Positions 9,237-20,250 of a stretch of 64,000 nt of DNA are shown here, piece after piece (position 1 is the first letter of the stretch; the number at the start of each line of letters is the position of its first letter). Under the pieces are notes generated by a model. That model saw nothing but the letters and a program-made list of their open reading frames with translations. It ran no database searches and had not been told where the DNA came from. Position numbers and translations under genes: made by a program. Location: contig OY821641.1 of the NCBI GenBank assembly GCA_963555995.3, positions 1,024,001 through 1,088,000 on the forward strand, written 5' to 3'. The stretch is from Vicinamibacteria bacterium (GTDB lineage Bacteria; Acidobacteriota; Vicinamibacteria; Marinacidobacterales; Marinacidobacteraceae).

Positions 9237-10400
9237 TCAGCGGTACAACAAAAACGCGTCCCGGACGGGCTTGAAACCCTCGCCCTCGGCGTCCCCGGCG
9301 TCCGCAATCTCCGCCGTGGTGCGTCCCGCCTCGATCCCCTCGCGGATGTCCGGACTCCCGGACAGGATGTCAATCGGCAGGCGCACCAGCTCGTACTCGT
9401 AGGGCGGCTGGCGCCAGGCGAAGTCCGAGGGCCAGAGTCGCCGGACGTGGTTCAGGACGGCGATGCCGGTCCGCCACGGCAGGTAGGCGTCCCGGTCCGT
9501 GACGTGCTGCATGACCCCGCCGCACTCCGCGTTCCAGAACTTGTGGAAGGTGGGACGGAAGCGCACCGGGCGGAAGTGGACGCCGGGCAGCTCATCGCCC
9601 GCGAGGGCGTCGGCCAGCCGGGGTCCGTCCACCCACGGCGCGCCGCAGATTTCGAACGGCCGGGTGGTCCCCCGTCCCTCGGAGAGGTTCGTCCCCTCGA
9701 GCAGGCACGCGCCGGGATACACGGTCGCGGTGTCGAGCGTCGGCATGTTCGGCGAGGTCGGGATGAAGGGCAGGTTCGTCTGGTCGAGCCACGCTTCCCG
9801 CTTCCAGCCCCGGCAGCCGACGACCACCAGATCGCTGCCGATCCGGTGCCGACGGTTCAGGAGCCCGGCGATCTCGCCCACCGTCATCCCGTAGCGGTTG
9901 GGGAGGGAGTAGAGACCGACGAACGAGCGGTGGTCGCTGCGGATCAGGTTCCCCTCCACCGCGCTGCCGATGGGGTTCGGGCGGTCGAGGACGACGATCC
10001 GCTTGCCGCATTCGGCCGCCGCTTCCATCGCGTGGGCCATGGTCCAGACGTAGGTGTAGTAGCGGGAGCCGACGTCCGGGACGTCGAACACGAGGGCGTC
10101 GAGCCCCTCCAGCATCGCCCCCGTCGGCCGGCGCGTGGGTCCGTAGAGGCTGTACACCGGGATGCTGTCCTCCACGTCCGGGATCTCGATCAGGTCCTGT
10201 TCGGTGGCGTGGAACCCGTGCTCCGGGGCGAAGAGCGCCGCCAGCGTCACCCCGGGCATCCCCGCCAGCACGTCCCGCGCGTGGCAGAAGGACGAGTCCA
10301 CCGAAGCGGTGTTCGCGATCAACCCCACCCGGAGCCCCCGCAGCAACTCTCCCATCTCCGGGAGGCGATCCAGACCGGTCTGGACCGCGTACGCACTCAT
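9237..10400 (-). CDS. namZ: Exo-beta-N-acetylmuramidase NamZ (DUF1343)
   Basis: LFAPEHG, DVGSRYYTY, VLDRPNP, SPNMPT, SEGRGTTRPFE. Confidence 0.9.
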   Translation of the reverse strand: MSAYAVQTGLDRLPEMGELLRGLRVGLIANTASVDSSFCHARDVLAGMPGVTLAALFAPEHGFHATEQDLIEIPDVEDSIPVYSLYGPTRRPTGAMLEGLDALVFDVPDVGSRYYTYVWTMAHAMEAAAECGKRIVVLDRPNPIGSAVEGNLIRSDHRSFVGLYSLPNRYGMTVGEIAGLLNRRHRIGSDLVVVGCRGWKREAWLDQTNLPFIPTSPNMPTLDTATVYPGACLLEGTNLSEGRGTTRPFEICGAPWVDGPRLADALAGDELPGVHFRPVRFRPTFHKFWNAECGGVMQHVTDRDAYLPWRTGIAVLNHVRRLWPSDFAWRQPPYEYELVRLPIDILSGSPDIREGIEAGRTTAEIADAGDAEGEGFKPVRDAFLLYR

Positions 10401-10490
10401 CGGGGGAAGATTACACAGGGAACCGCCGCGTCGGTCCCTCCGGCGGATCGCTCAAGAATTTGACATTCGTGGCATTTTGTACGTTTTGGG

Positions 10491-10760
10491 ATGAAATCCA
10501 CCGTACCCGACGTTCTCTCCGTCACCGCAGCCCGCGACCAACTCGCCGAGATCACCGGACGAGTCCGCTTCGCTGGAGAACGAATCGTGCTGCAAAAGCA
10601 CGGCAAGACGGTCGCGGCGCTGGTGTCGCCGTCGGATCTTGAGGCACTGGAAGCGCTGGAGGATCGCCTCGATCTTCTGGATGCCCTCGACGCGCTTGCC
10701 GACTACCGGGCGAACGGTGGCGTGGATTTCGAAACCATCAAGGCTGACCTGGGTCTTTGA
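10491..10760 (+). CDS. Phd/YefM family antitoxin
   Basis: SVTAARDQLAEI...GERIVLQKHGKTVAALVS; acidic C-terminus; TTGACA at 10460. Confidence 0.85.
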   Translation: MKSTVPDVLSVTAARDQLAEITGRVRFAGERIVLQKHGKTVAALVSPSDLEALEALEDRLDLLDALDALADYRANGGVDFETIKADLGL

Positions 10761-11038
10761 AGCGGCGGATCGTCTTCTCACGAGCGGCGGACCGCGACTT
10801 CCGCAGGATTTCGGACCGTTCGGCGAGACGAAGGCTGGCTACCGCGATGGATGCGCTGGCGGAGAACCTGCATCCCCCGGACGCCCGGAAGCTCGCGGGT
10901 TTCGATGCGGTATGGCGCATCCGCGCCGGCGGATACCGGGTCCGCTACACATCGGAGCACGGGACGTTGGTCATTCTCGTGCTGGCGATCGCTCGACGGG
11001 CGGACATCTACGCGAAGCTGCGCCGACGCCTCGGGTGA
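10757..11038 (+). CDS. RelE/ParE family toxin
   Basis: Overlaps the antitoxin stop; basic 93 aa, RKLAG...WRIRAGGYRVRY...RRADIY. Confidence 0.85.
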   Translation: MKRRIVFSRAADRDFRRISDRSARRRLATAMDALAENLHPPDARKLAGFDAVWRIRAGGYRVRYTSEHGTLVILVLAIARRADIYAKLRRRLG

Positions 11039-11138
11039 GCCGCATCGCTCCGGTAACGGCGAAGTCCGCCGCCGCGGTGCGATACTCGACAATTCGGCAG
11101 CCGTCCCAGATCGAGCGTGCTGCCGGAGAAGGCGCGCC

Positions 11139-11642
11139 GTGATCCCTCCCGTGGTTATCGCTCTCCTGCTGCTGGCCTTGGCCGCGCCTCCCACCACGTT
11201 CGTCGGCGGGATCGGGAGTGTGCCGCAGGTGTCCCCGGACGACCCGGCGGTCGCAGCCCTGGGAACGGACGCCGATGGGGACGGATTGTGGGACGACGTC
11301 CGGGCGGGCCTGGATCTGCTTCGGGAGGTCCCGGAGTCCCCGGCGAGCGACGGCGCTTACCGGGACACGCTGGAACAGGGCGCCAGAGCGTTGCAGCGGG
11401 CGCTTGTGGCGGTCGTCGCCGAGCCGGGAGCGAGCGCCGACCGGCTGCCTTCGGCGGCGCGGACCCTGGCGCGGGCGATCAACTGTCTGGGCCTCGTTTC
11501 CGACGACCCGCGGGAAGCGCTGACCTGGCTGGAAGGACTGGTGGTGAGCACGCCGGAGCGAGTAGAAGCCCACGTCCGGTTCCAGCGGGCCGTCGGGGAC
11601 CTGGTGACGGAAAGCCTGGAGCGCGAGCCCTGCGAACCGTGA
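11139..11642 (+). CDS. Secreted hypothetical protein with a DxDxDG Ca-binding-like loop
   Basis: GGAGAAGG RBS, GTG 11139, signal peptide, GTDADGDGLWDDV. Confidence 0.65.
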   Translation: MIPPVVIALLLLALAAPPTTFVGGIGSVPQVSPDDPAVAALGTDADGDGLWDDVRAGLDLLREVPESPASDGAYRDTLEQGARALQRALVAVVAEPGASADRLPSAARTLARAINCLGLVSDDPREALTWLEGLVVSTPERVEAHVRFQRAVGDLVTESLEREPCEP

Positions 11643-11736
11643 CGGGGCCCGATCGAGAGCGGTTGCCGGTGGTCTTTGCGATACTTGGCGGTTCGGCAGC
11701 CGCCCGGGTGGAGCGCGTTGCCGGAGGAGGCTCGCC

Positions 11737-13773
11737 GTGATCCTGCGCACCGTTGTCGCTCTCGCCCTGTTGGCCCTGGCCGCGCCGCCCGCCGCGATCG
11801 CCGCGGAAGAGGACCGCTGGACCCCGGCGCTCTCCATGAAGTACCACCGGGTCGGCTCGGTCGCCATCTCGCCGGACGGGACGCTGGTCGCCTTCGCGGT
11901 CACCGTGCCGCTCATGGAGGGCGACAAGTCCGAGTACCGGACCCAGATCCACGTGGTCCCGGCGGCGGGCGGTGACGCGGTCGCCTGGACCACCGGCGAG
12001 AACTCGGCGACCTCGCCTGCCTTCTCTCCGGACGGGCGCTATCTCGCGTTCCTCCGGAAGGGGGAGGAGAACCAGCAGGTCTGGCTGCTGCCGCTGGCGG
12101 GCGGCGAGGCCTACCGGGCGACCCACGCGGAGAACGGAGCGCGTTCCTACCGGTTCTCGCCGGACGGCTTCAGCATCGGTTACCTGATGACCGATCCCGA
12201 GACCGAGGAGGAGAAGACCCGCAAGAAGGAGAAGCGCGACGTCGAACTGGTGGACCAGGACTTCAAGTACGGCCATCTCTACGTGACCCTGGTGTCGGAT
12301 CGCCATGACCCCGACGGCGAGGACCGGCGCCTCACCCGGGGCGACTTCCACGTTTCGGGCTGGGACTGGTCGAGCAGTGACCGCATCGTCTTCAGCCACC
12401 AGGACGATCCGCGCATCAACACGAACCGCCGCTCCGGAGACCTGTCGGTCGTCAACCTGGGAAACGGGCAGGTCAACCTCCTGCACGGCGGCGACGGGAT
12501 CGAGAGCTCGCCCCGGGTCTCCCCGGACGGCCAGACGGTCGCGTTCCGCTCGACCGGCGACCAGCCGGAGCCGATCGGGCTCGGCGACGTCTACGTGATG
12601 CCGGTGATGGGCGGCGAGCGGGTGAAGCTCGCCGAGACGAAGGACCGGAGCCCGGGAATCCTCGGGTGGTCCCGGGACGGCTCGCTCGTTTACGTGGCGG
12701 AAGCCGAGCGCACCTCGCGCCGGCTCTTCGGACTTCCCGCTGACGGAGGCGATCTGGTGGACCTGACGCCGGGTGAGGGCGTGTTCCGCTCCACGGCCGT
12801 CGCGACCGCCGCCGACGTGATGGCGTTCACGCACGAGACGCCGGAGACGCCGTGGGACGTGTTCGCCGCCGACCTCGGCAAGGGAGGCGGCGCCGCGGCG
12901 GCCTTCGAGCCGCGCCGCCTCACCGACCTCCACCAGGACGTGCCCCGTCCCGCGATGGGGAAGACCAGCGTCCTCACCTGGACCTCACCGGACGGCACCC
13001 CGGTGGAAGGTCTCCTGACCCTCCCGGTGGGCTACGAGGAGGGTCGCCGGGTTCCCCTGATCCTGAACGTCCACGGCGGACCGGCGGGGGTCTATTCCGA
13101 GACCTTCACCGGCGCCCCGTCCATCTACATGCTCCAGTACTTCGCCCAGGAGGGGTTCGCGATCCTGCGTCCCAACCCGCGCGGGTCCACCGGCTACGGC
13201 AAGGACTTCCGCTACGCCAACTTCATGGACTGGGGCTTCGGGGACATGGACGACCTGATGGCGGGGGTGGACCTCGTGATCGAGCAGGGGGTGGCGCAGG
13301 TCGACCGGCTCTACATCATGGGATGGAGCTACGGCGGCTACATGACCTCGTTCGCGGTCACCCGCACCGACCGTTTCGTGGCCGCCAGCATGGGCGCGGG
13401 GCTGCCGAACCTGATCAGCATGGTCACCACCACCGACATCCAGGACTACCTCGCCGGCCACATGGGCGGCGACTTCTGGGAGGACTACGAGGTGTACGAG
13501 GCCCACTCGGCGATCTACCGCATCGCCGAGGTGACCACCCCGACGCAGGTCATCCACGGCGCGCAGGACCTCCGGGTCCCCTTCACCCAGGGGCAGGAGT
13601 TCTACCGGGCGCTCGACCGCCGGGGGGTGCCCACCGAGTTCGTGGTCTATCCCCGGACCCCGCACGGGCCCCGGGAGCCGAAGTTCCTGATGGACGTCTC
13701 GGAGCGCATCCTGACCTGGTTCCGGGCGCACACGCCGGAAGAAGCGACCGACGACGCCGCGAGCAGCCGCTGA
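11737..13773 (+). CDS. S9 family (prolyl oligo/acylaminoacyl) peptidase with PD40 propeller
   Basis: Signal peptide, SPDG repeats, VHGGP, GWSYGG nucleophile, D-x-R-V and His. Confidence 0.92.
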   Translation: MILRTVVALALLALAAPPAAIAAEEDRWTPALSMKYHRVGSVAISPDGTLVAFAVTVPLMEGDKSEYRTQIHVVPAAGGDAVAWTTGENSATSPAFSPDGRYLAFLRKGEENQQVWLLPLAGGEAYRATHAENGARSYRFSPDGFSIGYLMTDPETEEEKTRKKEKRDVELVDQDFKYGHLYVTLVSDRHDPDGEDRRLTRGDFHVSGWDWSSSDRIVFSHQDDPRINTNRRSGDLSVVNLGNGQVNLLHGGDGIESSPRVSPDGQTVAFRSTGDQPEPIGLGDVYVMPVMGGERVKLAETKDRSPGILGWSRDGSLVYVAEAERTSRRLFGLPADGGDLVDLTPGEGVFRSTAVATAADVMAFTHETPETPWDVFAADLGKGGGAAAAFEPRRLTDLHQDVPRPAMGKTSVLTWTSPDGTPVEGLLTLPVGYEEGRRVPLILNVHGGPAGVYSETFTGAPSIYMLQYFAQEGFAILRPNPRGSTGYGKDFRYANFMDWGFGDMDDLMAGVDLVIEQGVAQVDRLYIMGWSYGGYMTSFAVTRTDRFVAASMGAGLPNLISMVTTTDIQDYLAGHMGGDFWEDYEVYEAHSAIYRIAEVTTPTQVIHGAQDLRVPFTQGQEFYRALDRRGVPTEFVVYPRTPHGPREPKFLMDVSERILTWFRAHTPEEATDDAASSR

Positions 13774-13848
13774 CGGGGTCGGCGTCCGGCCCGCCGGGGG
13801 CCGGTTCGGAAGCCCGCGCTCTCCGGCGCGTCGTTTCTCCCCGCTCGG

Positions 13849-14085
13849 CTACCAGTCGCTTGGACCGATGCTCCTGGCCTGCATCTCCGCGAACACCGGA
13901 TCCAGCCCGCTGGGCTCCTCCGCGTACACCTCGTTCAGTTTGGCCGTGATCTCCTCGCGGCTTAGTCGGGTCCAGGGCGGGACCGAGGCTGTTTCGGCGC
14001 GCTCCGTCTCCGACGCTTCACGCGGATTCTTGGCGGGATCGGCTGCCTGGGAGCGCTCTACCGGGGTGCGATCAGCTTTGGTCAC
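13849..14085 (-). CDS. Small protein with a ChpI/MazE-like antitoxin C-terminus (orphan)
   Basis: EITAKLNEVYAEEPSGLDPVFAEMQARSI resembles ChpI-type C-terminus; TAGGTT -10 six nt before GTG. Confidence 0.5.
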   Translation of the reverse strand: MTKADRTPVERSQAADPAKNPREASETERAETASVPPWTRLSREEITAKLNEVYAEEPSGLDPVFAEMQARSIGPSDW

Positions 14086-14148
14086 ACTCCAAACCTACCG
14101 CAAGTTGCACTGGTGATGGAGTCGTGGTCGCCACGGGGGGAGGCGCGT

Positions 14149-14254
14149 GCCGGCTGAAGCCGGCGTTCCAAACCGGTGCGCCGTCCGCGTGGTTGGCGGT
14201 ACGCGGTTCCGCTGCGCTCCGCGCAGCGGGTGCCGGCCTGGAGGCCGGCGCTCC
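14149..14254. repeat. REP-like palindrome pair (reverse orientation)
   Basis: GCCGGCTGAAGCCGGCGTTCC at 14149 and GCCGGCCTGGAGGCCGGCGCTCC at 14232. Confidence 0.75.
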
Positions 14255-14380
14255 CTTTCCGCCCCGCTACACTTCGCGCCTTCCGGTCCCGAATGGGCGG
14301 GACCCTGAGCAGTTCGCGGCCCAGCCTCGCCGGCGCTCCCCCGGTCGGGCCCGCGCATCTCACCGAGTGAGGAAAGCCCC

Positions 14381-16657
<2,277 letters not shown>

Positions 16658-16676
16658 CGGCGAGCCGGGAGCCGGA

Positions 16677-17879
16677 GTGCCGCGCGACTCGGCGGTAACC
16701 GGCAACCCGCCGCGTCCCGCCCGGGCGCGGATCCACTCCCTGGACGCGCTGCGCGCGGTGATGATGCTGCTCGGGCTGGTGCTGCACACCGCCCTCAGCT
16801 ACGTCCCCGAACTGTCGTCCGGCGAGTGGCCCTACCAGGACCGGCAGGCGAGCGATGGGTTCGGCTGGCTGGTCAGCCTCATCCACACGTTCCGGATGCC
16901 GGCGTTCTTCACGGTAGCCGGATTCTTCGCGGCGTTCCTGGTCGAAAGGCGCGGCACGGGCGCGTTCCTCCGCCATCGGCTGCACCGGATCGGCGTTCCG
17001 CTGGTCGGCGGCTGGATCCTTCTCTTCCCGCTGGGCGCGGTGGCCTGGGTCTTCGCGGCGTCCCGTTCCGGCGTTCCGCTGGCGCCGGCGCCCGGGTCGG
17101 AGGACATCGGATTCGACTGGATGCACCTCTGGTTCCTGTACCAACTGCTGATCCTTTCCGCCTGCGCCGCGCTGTTCCGGTCCGGTCTCGTCCGGTTCCG
17201 GCCGGCGGGAGCGGCCCGGCTCGCGGGAATCGCGCGCCGGGCCCTCGGCCGGCGGTGGATGTTCCCGGTGCTGGCGGGGATCACCGCGTTGACGCTGATT
17301 CCCATGGAAGCCTGGGAGCTGGAGACCGACGGCTCGCTGTTCCCCCCGATCCGGCTGCTGGCGGCCTACACGGTCTTCTTCGTCTTCGGCTGGCTGGAGC
17401 ACGGCCGGGGCGGGAGCTTCGGCCACCTCCGCGACCGCTGCCTCACCCGCCTCGGCGGGGGTCTCTTCTTCCACACCCTCTACCTCGCGGTGATCGTGCC
17501 CCACGTCGGGACCGCGCCGGCGGAAGCCCCGGTCGCACACAACGCGGGGATGGCCCTCCTCGCAGTCTCGATGTGGCTCTTCGTCCTCGGGTTCCTGGGC
17601 CTGTTCCGCCGCTGGCTGGACGCCCCGAGCCCCGGCTGGCGCTATCTCTCGGACGCCTCCTACTGGATGTACCTGGTCCACCTGCCGCTGACCGTCGCGC
17701 TGCCGCCGCTCCTTTCGGGCTGGGACGCCCCCGGCCTCATCAAGTTCGCTCTCGCCCTCGGCGCGGCGTTCGCCGTCACCCTCGTCACCTACCACTACGG
17801 TGTGCGCTCCACCTGGGTGGGGAAGCGCCTCAATGGCCGCCGCCATCCCCGGATCTTTCCCTGGCGGGCGCCCGCATAG
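16677..17879 (+). CDS. Acyltransferase family 3 (OpgC/MdoC-like)
   Basis: SLDALRA, IHTFRMPAFF, HLWFLY, SYWMYLVH; GTG start at 16677 inferred. Confidence 0.85.
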   Translation: MPRDSAVTGNPPRPARARIHSLDALRAVMMLLGLVLHTALSYVPELSSGEWPYQDRQASDGFGWLVSLIHTFRMPAFFTVAGFFAAFLVERRGTGAFLRHRLHRIGVPLVGGWILLFPLGAVAWVFAASRSGVPLAPAPGSEDIGFDWMHLWFLYQLLILSACAALFRSGLVRFRPAGAARLAGIARRALGRRWMFPVLAGITALTLIPMEAWELETDGSLFPPIRLLAAYTVFFVFGWLEHGRGGSFGHLRDRCLTRLGGGLFFHTLYLAVIVPHVGTAPAEAPVAHNAGMALLAVSMWLFVLGFLGLFRRWLDAPSPGWRYLSDASYWMYLVHLPLTVALPPLLSGWDAPGLIKFALALGAAFAVTLVTYHYGVRSTWVGKRLNGRRHPRIFPWRAPA

Positions 17880-17918
17880 CGGATAACCTAGCCGGAGGTA
17901 CGCACCACCGCCGATCTC

Positions 17919-19163
17919 ATGGCCTTTGCTGGCATCCGCTTCCGGGATCTGATCGCGGTCGTCGGTGTCGCTGGGGTGCTGGTGGCCGGTGCGGTGCTGC
18001 TCCACCAGGCGCGTCCGCGGGTGGCCGGCAGGACCCCCGAGCAGATCCGGGCGAGCGGCGAGTGCGCGAACTGTCATCGCAACGAGACTGGGGCGGTGGT
18101 GGCGCAGTTCGAGATGAGCGCCCACGCGGGCGCCGGGGTGACCTGCCTCGACTGCCACCAAGTGCGTCCGGGGCAGGCCGCGGTCGAGCACCACGGGTTC
18201 GAGATCACCACCGCGACCACCGCGCTCGCCTGCCGGGGCTGCCACGCCGACGAGGCGCGCCAGTTCGAACGCAGCCGCCACGCGCTTCCGGCCTACGCGG
18301 CCGTCATGGGCACCGAGGGGTATCCCGCCACGTTCGCCACCGAGCGGATCGCCCGCGCCGAGGAGATCCACCCCGGAGCGGTCCGGCGCCCGCCGAACGC
18401 GCTCGCGCGGCTCGAGGGCTCGCCGACCACGGTGTCCGGCTGTCTCGGGTGCCACGACATCGGGCGGCCGAACGCCGACGGCTCCATCGGGACCTGCACG
18501 GCCTGCCACAGCCGGCACTCCACCGCGATCTCGCTGGCCCGGGCGCCGGCCACCTGCGGGCAGTGCCATATGGGGCCGGACCACGCGCAAAAGGAGATCT
18601 ACAGCGAGTCGAAGCACGGCATCCTGTTCGAGGCGCAGCGGCACCTGATGAACCTGGACGCCGAACCAAAACTGCTCACTGCCTTCGACATGCCGGTGCC
18701 GACCTGCGCCACGTGCCACATGAGCGGCCTGGAGGGCGCGAAGGTGACCCACGACACCACCGAGCGGCTCTCGTGGTGGCTCTTCGCCCCGGTTTCCGAG
18801 AAACGGCCCCACTACGACCAGGCGCAGGCCGAGATGCAGGGCATCTGCCTCAAATGCCATGCCGAGAACCAGGTGACGCAGTTCTATGCCGACGCCGAGG
18901 CGCTGGTGGAGACCACCAACGCCCGCGTCGCCGAGCTGATGGAACGCATGGCCGAGGTGCAGGAAGCGGGGCTCCTGACCGAGGCGCCCTTCGACGAGCC
19001 GCTCGATTTCCTGTTCTTCGACGCCTGGCACTACGCGGGCCGCACGGTGAAGCACGGCGCGTTCATGGACGGCGCCGACTTCGTGCAGTGGCACGGGACC
19101 TACGACCTCATCAACCGGATCACCGAGATCGAGGAACGGATCCAAGCGCTTTCGCCGGAGTGA
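17919..19163 (+). CDS. Octaheme cytochrome c, hydroxylamine oxidoreductase (HAO) family, reductive type
   Basis: Eight CxxCH motifs; CGQCHMGPDH..IYSESKHG, PTCATCHM, HGAFMDGADFVQWHG; N-terminal TM anchor. Confidence 0.85.
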   Translation: MAFAGIRFRDLIAVVGVAGVLVAGAVLLHQARPRVAGRTPEQIRASGECANCHRNETGAVVAQFEMSAHAGAGVTCLDCHQVRPGQAAVEHHGFEITTATTALACRGCHADEARQFERSRHALPAYAAVMGTEGYPATFATERIARAEEIHPGAVRRPPNALARLEGSPTTVSGCLGCHDIGRPNADGSIGTCTACHSRHSTAISLARAPATCGQCHMGPDHAQKEIYSESKHGILFEAQRHLMNLDAEPKLLTAFDMPVPTCATCHMSGLEGAKVTHDTTERLSWWLFAPVSEKRPHYDQAQAEMQGICLKCHAENQVTQFYADAEALVETTNARVAELMERMAEVQEAGLLTEAPFDEPLDFLFFDAWHYAGRTVKHGAFMDGADFVQWHGTYDLINRITEIEERIQALSPE

Positions 19164-19206
19164 CCCCGGTCCGCGTGCGGCTACCGAGAACGCCCCCGGC
19201 GATCCC

Positions 19207-20055
19207 GTGAATATCTCCCTTCCGGGCCTGCGCCGCCGCCGGCGCCTCCTGCTCGAGGTCTTTCTCGCCGGGAACCTGCTCTTCCTGGCGGTGGACATTT
19301 TCTTCGCCCACTCGGTGAACTCCTTCCGCGAGCCGGTGGAGTGGCTGCCCCTCTGGTTCTCGCTGGCCGGCGGCCTGGTGCTCTTCGGGCTCCTCGCCTC
19401 CGGGCGCGGACCCGATGTTCCGGCGATGCGATGGGCCGGGGCAGTGATCGGCGGCCTCTCGGTGGGGGTGGGGATCTGGGGAACGATCCTGCACCTGGAG
19501 AGCGCCTTCTTCCGCCGGTTCGCCCTCGACGGCCTGATTTACGCGGCGCCGTTCGTGGCGCCGCTCGCCTACGCCGGAATCGGGTTCCTGCTGCTCGCCA
19601 ACCGCGCCGGTCTTTTCCGTCCCGCCGATGACGATTTCGGCTGGGGCCAATGGGTGACGATGTTCGCGGCCGGCGGGTTCGCGGGCAACTTCGTGCTCTC
19701 GCTGCTCGACCACGAACAAAACGGCTTTTCCTATTGGACCGAGTGGATCCCGGTGGCCGCGGCGGCACTGGCGGTGTCGAGCCTGGCGCTCGTCGGACTG
19801 CGGCACGCGCCGGCGCCGGGACTGGTCCGGCTGGCGGTGCTGACGCTGCTCCTCCAGGTGGGCGTCGGACTCCTCGGCTTCTGGCTCCACTTGGGCGCCG
19901 GCATCAGCGCCATCGGGGGGCGGCCCTTCGAGGCATTCGTCCACGGAGCTCCCCCGTTCGCGCCGCTGCTGTTCGCGGACCTCGCCGTCCTTGCCGGGAT
20001 CGGGCTGCTCGCCCTACCGGCGTCGTCGATTGCGGCGACCGGGGAAGACAGGTAG
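19207..20055 (+). CDS. Uncharacterised polytopic membrane protein with an internal duplication and four His
   Basis: Two repeats, each H..N.F....EW.P...LHL...AP..APL; directly downstream of the octaheme gene. Confidence 0.7.
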   Translation: MNISLPGLRRRRRLLLEVFLAGNLLFLAVDIFFAHSVNSFREPVEWLPLWFSLAGGLVLFGLLASGRGPDVPAMRWAGAVIGGLSVGVGIWGTILHLESAFFRRFALDGLIYAAPFVAPLAYAGIGFLLLANRAGLFRPADDDFGWGQWVTMFAAGGFAGNFVLSLLDHEQNGFSYWTEWIPVAAAALAVSSLALVGLRHAPAPGLVRLAVLTLLLQVGVGLLGFWLHLGAGISAIGGRPFEAFVHGAPPFAPLLFADLAVLAGIGLLALPASSIAATGEDR

Positions 20056-20099
20056 CACGGCCGTACACGCCCTGAGGGTGGGTGGGGTTGCGACGTGCG

Positions 20100-20142
20100 C
20101 GGCGCGGAGCGCCGCGCGTGCCGGTCTGGAGACCGGCGTTCC
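20100..20142. repeat. REP-like element
   Basis: CGGCGCGGAGCGCCGCGCGTGCCGGTCTGGAGACCGGCGTTCC, the reverse complement of the 9121 copy. Confidence 0.8.
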
Positions 20143-20250
20143 CAGCCGGTGCGCCATCCGGGTCGTCAACGGCACTCGACTCCCTCCGGCCACCAGGCCG
20201 TCAGATCGAGAAGCCCGGGCCGGGCCCGCGCTTCGGTTACGTCGAGGGGG

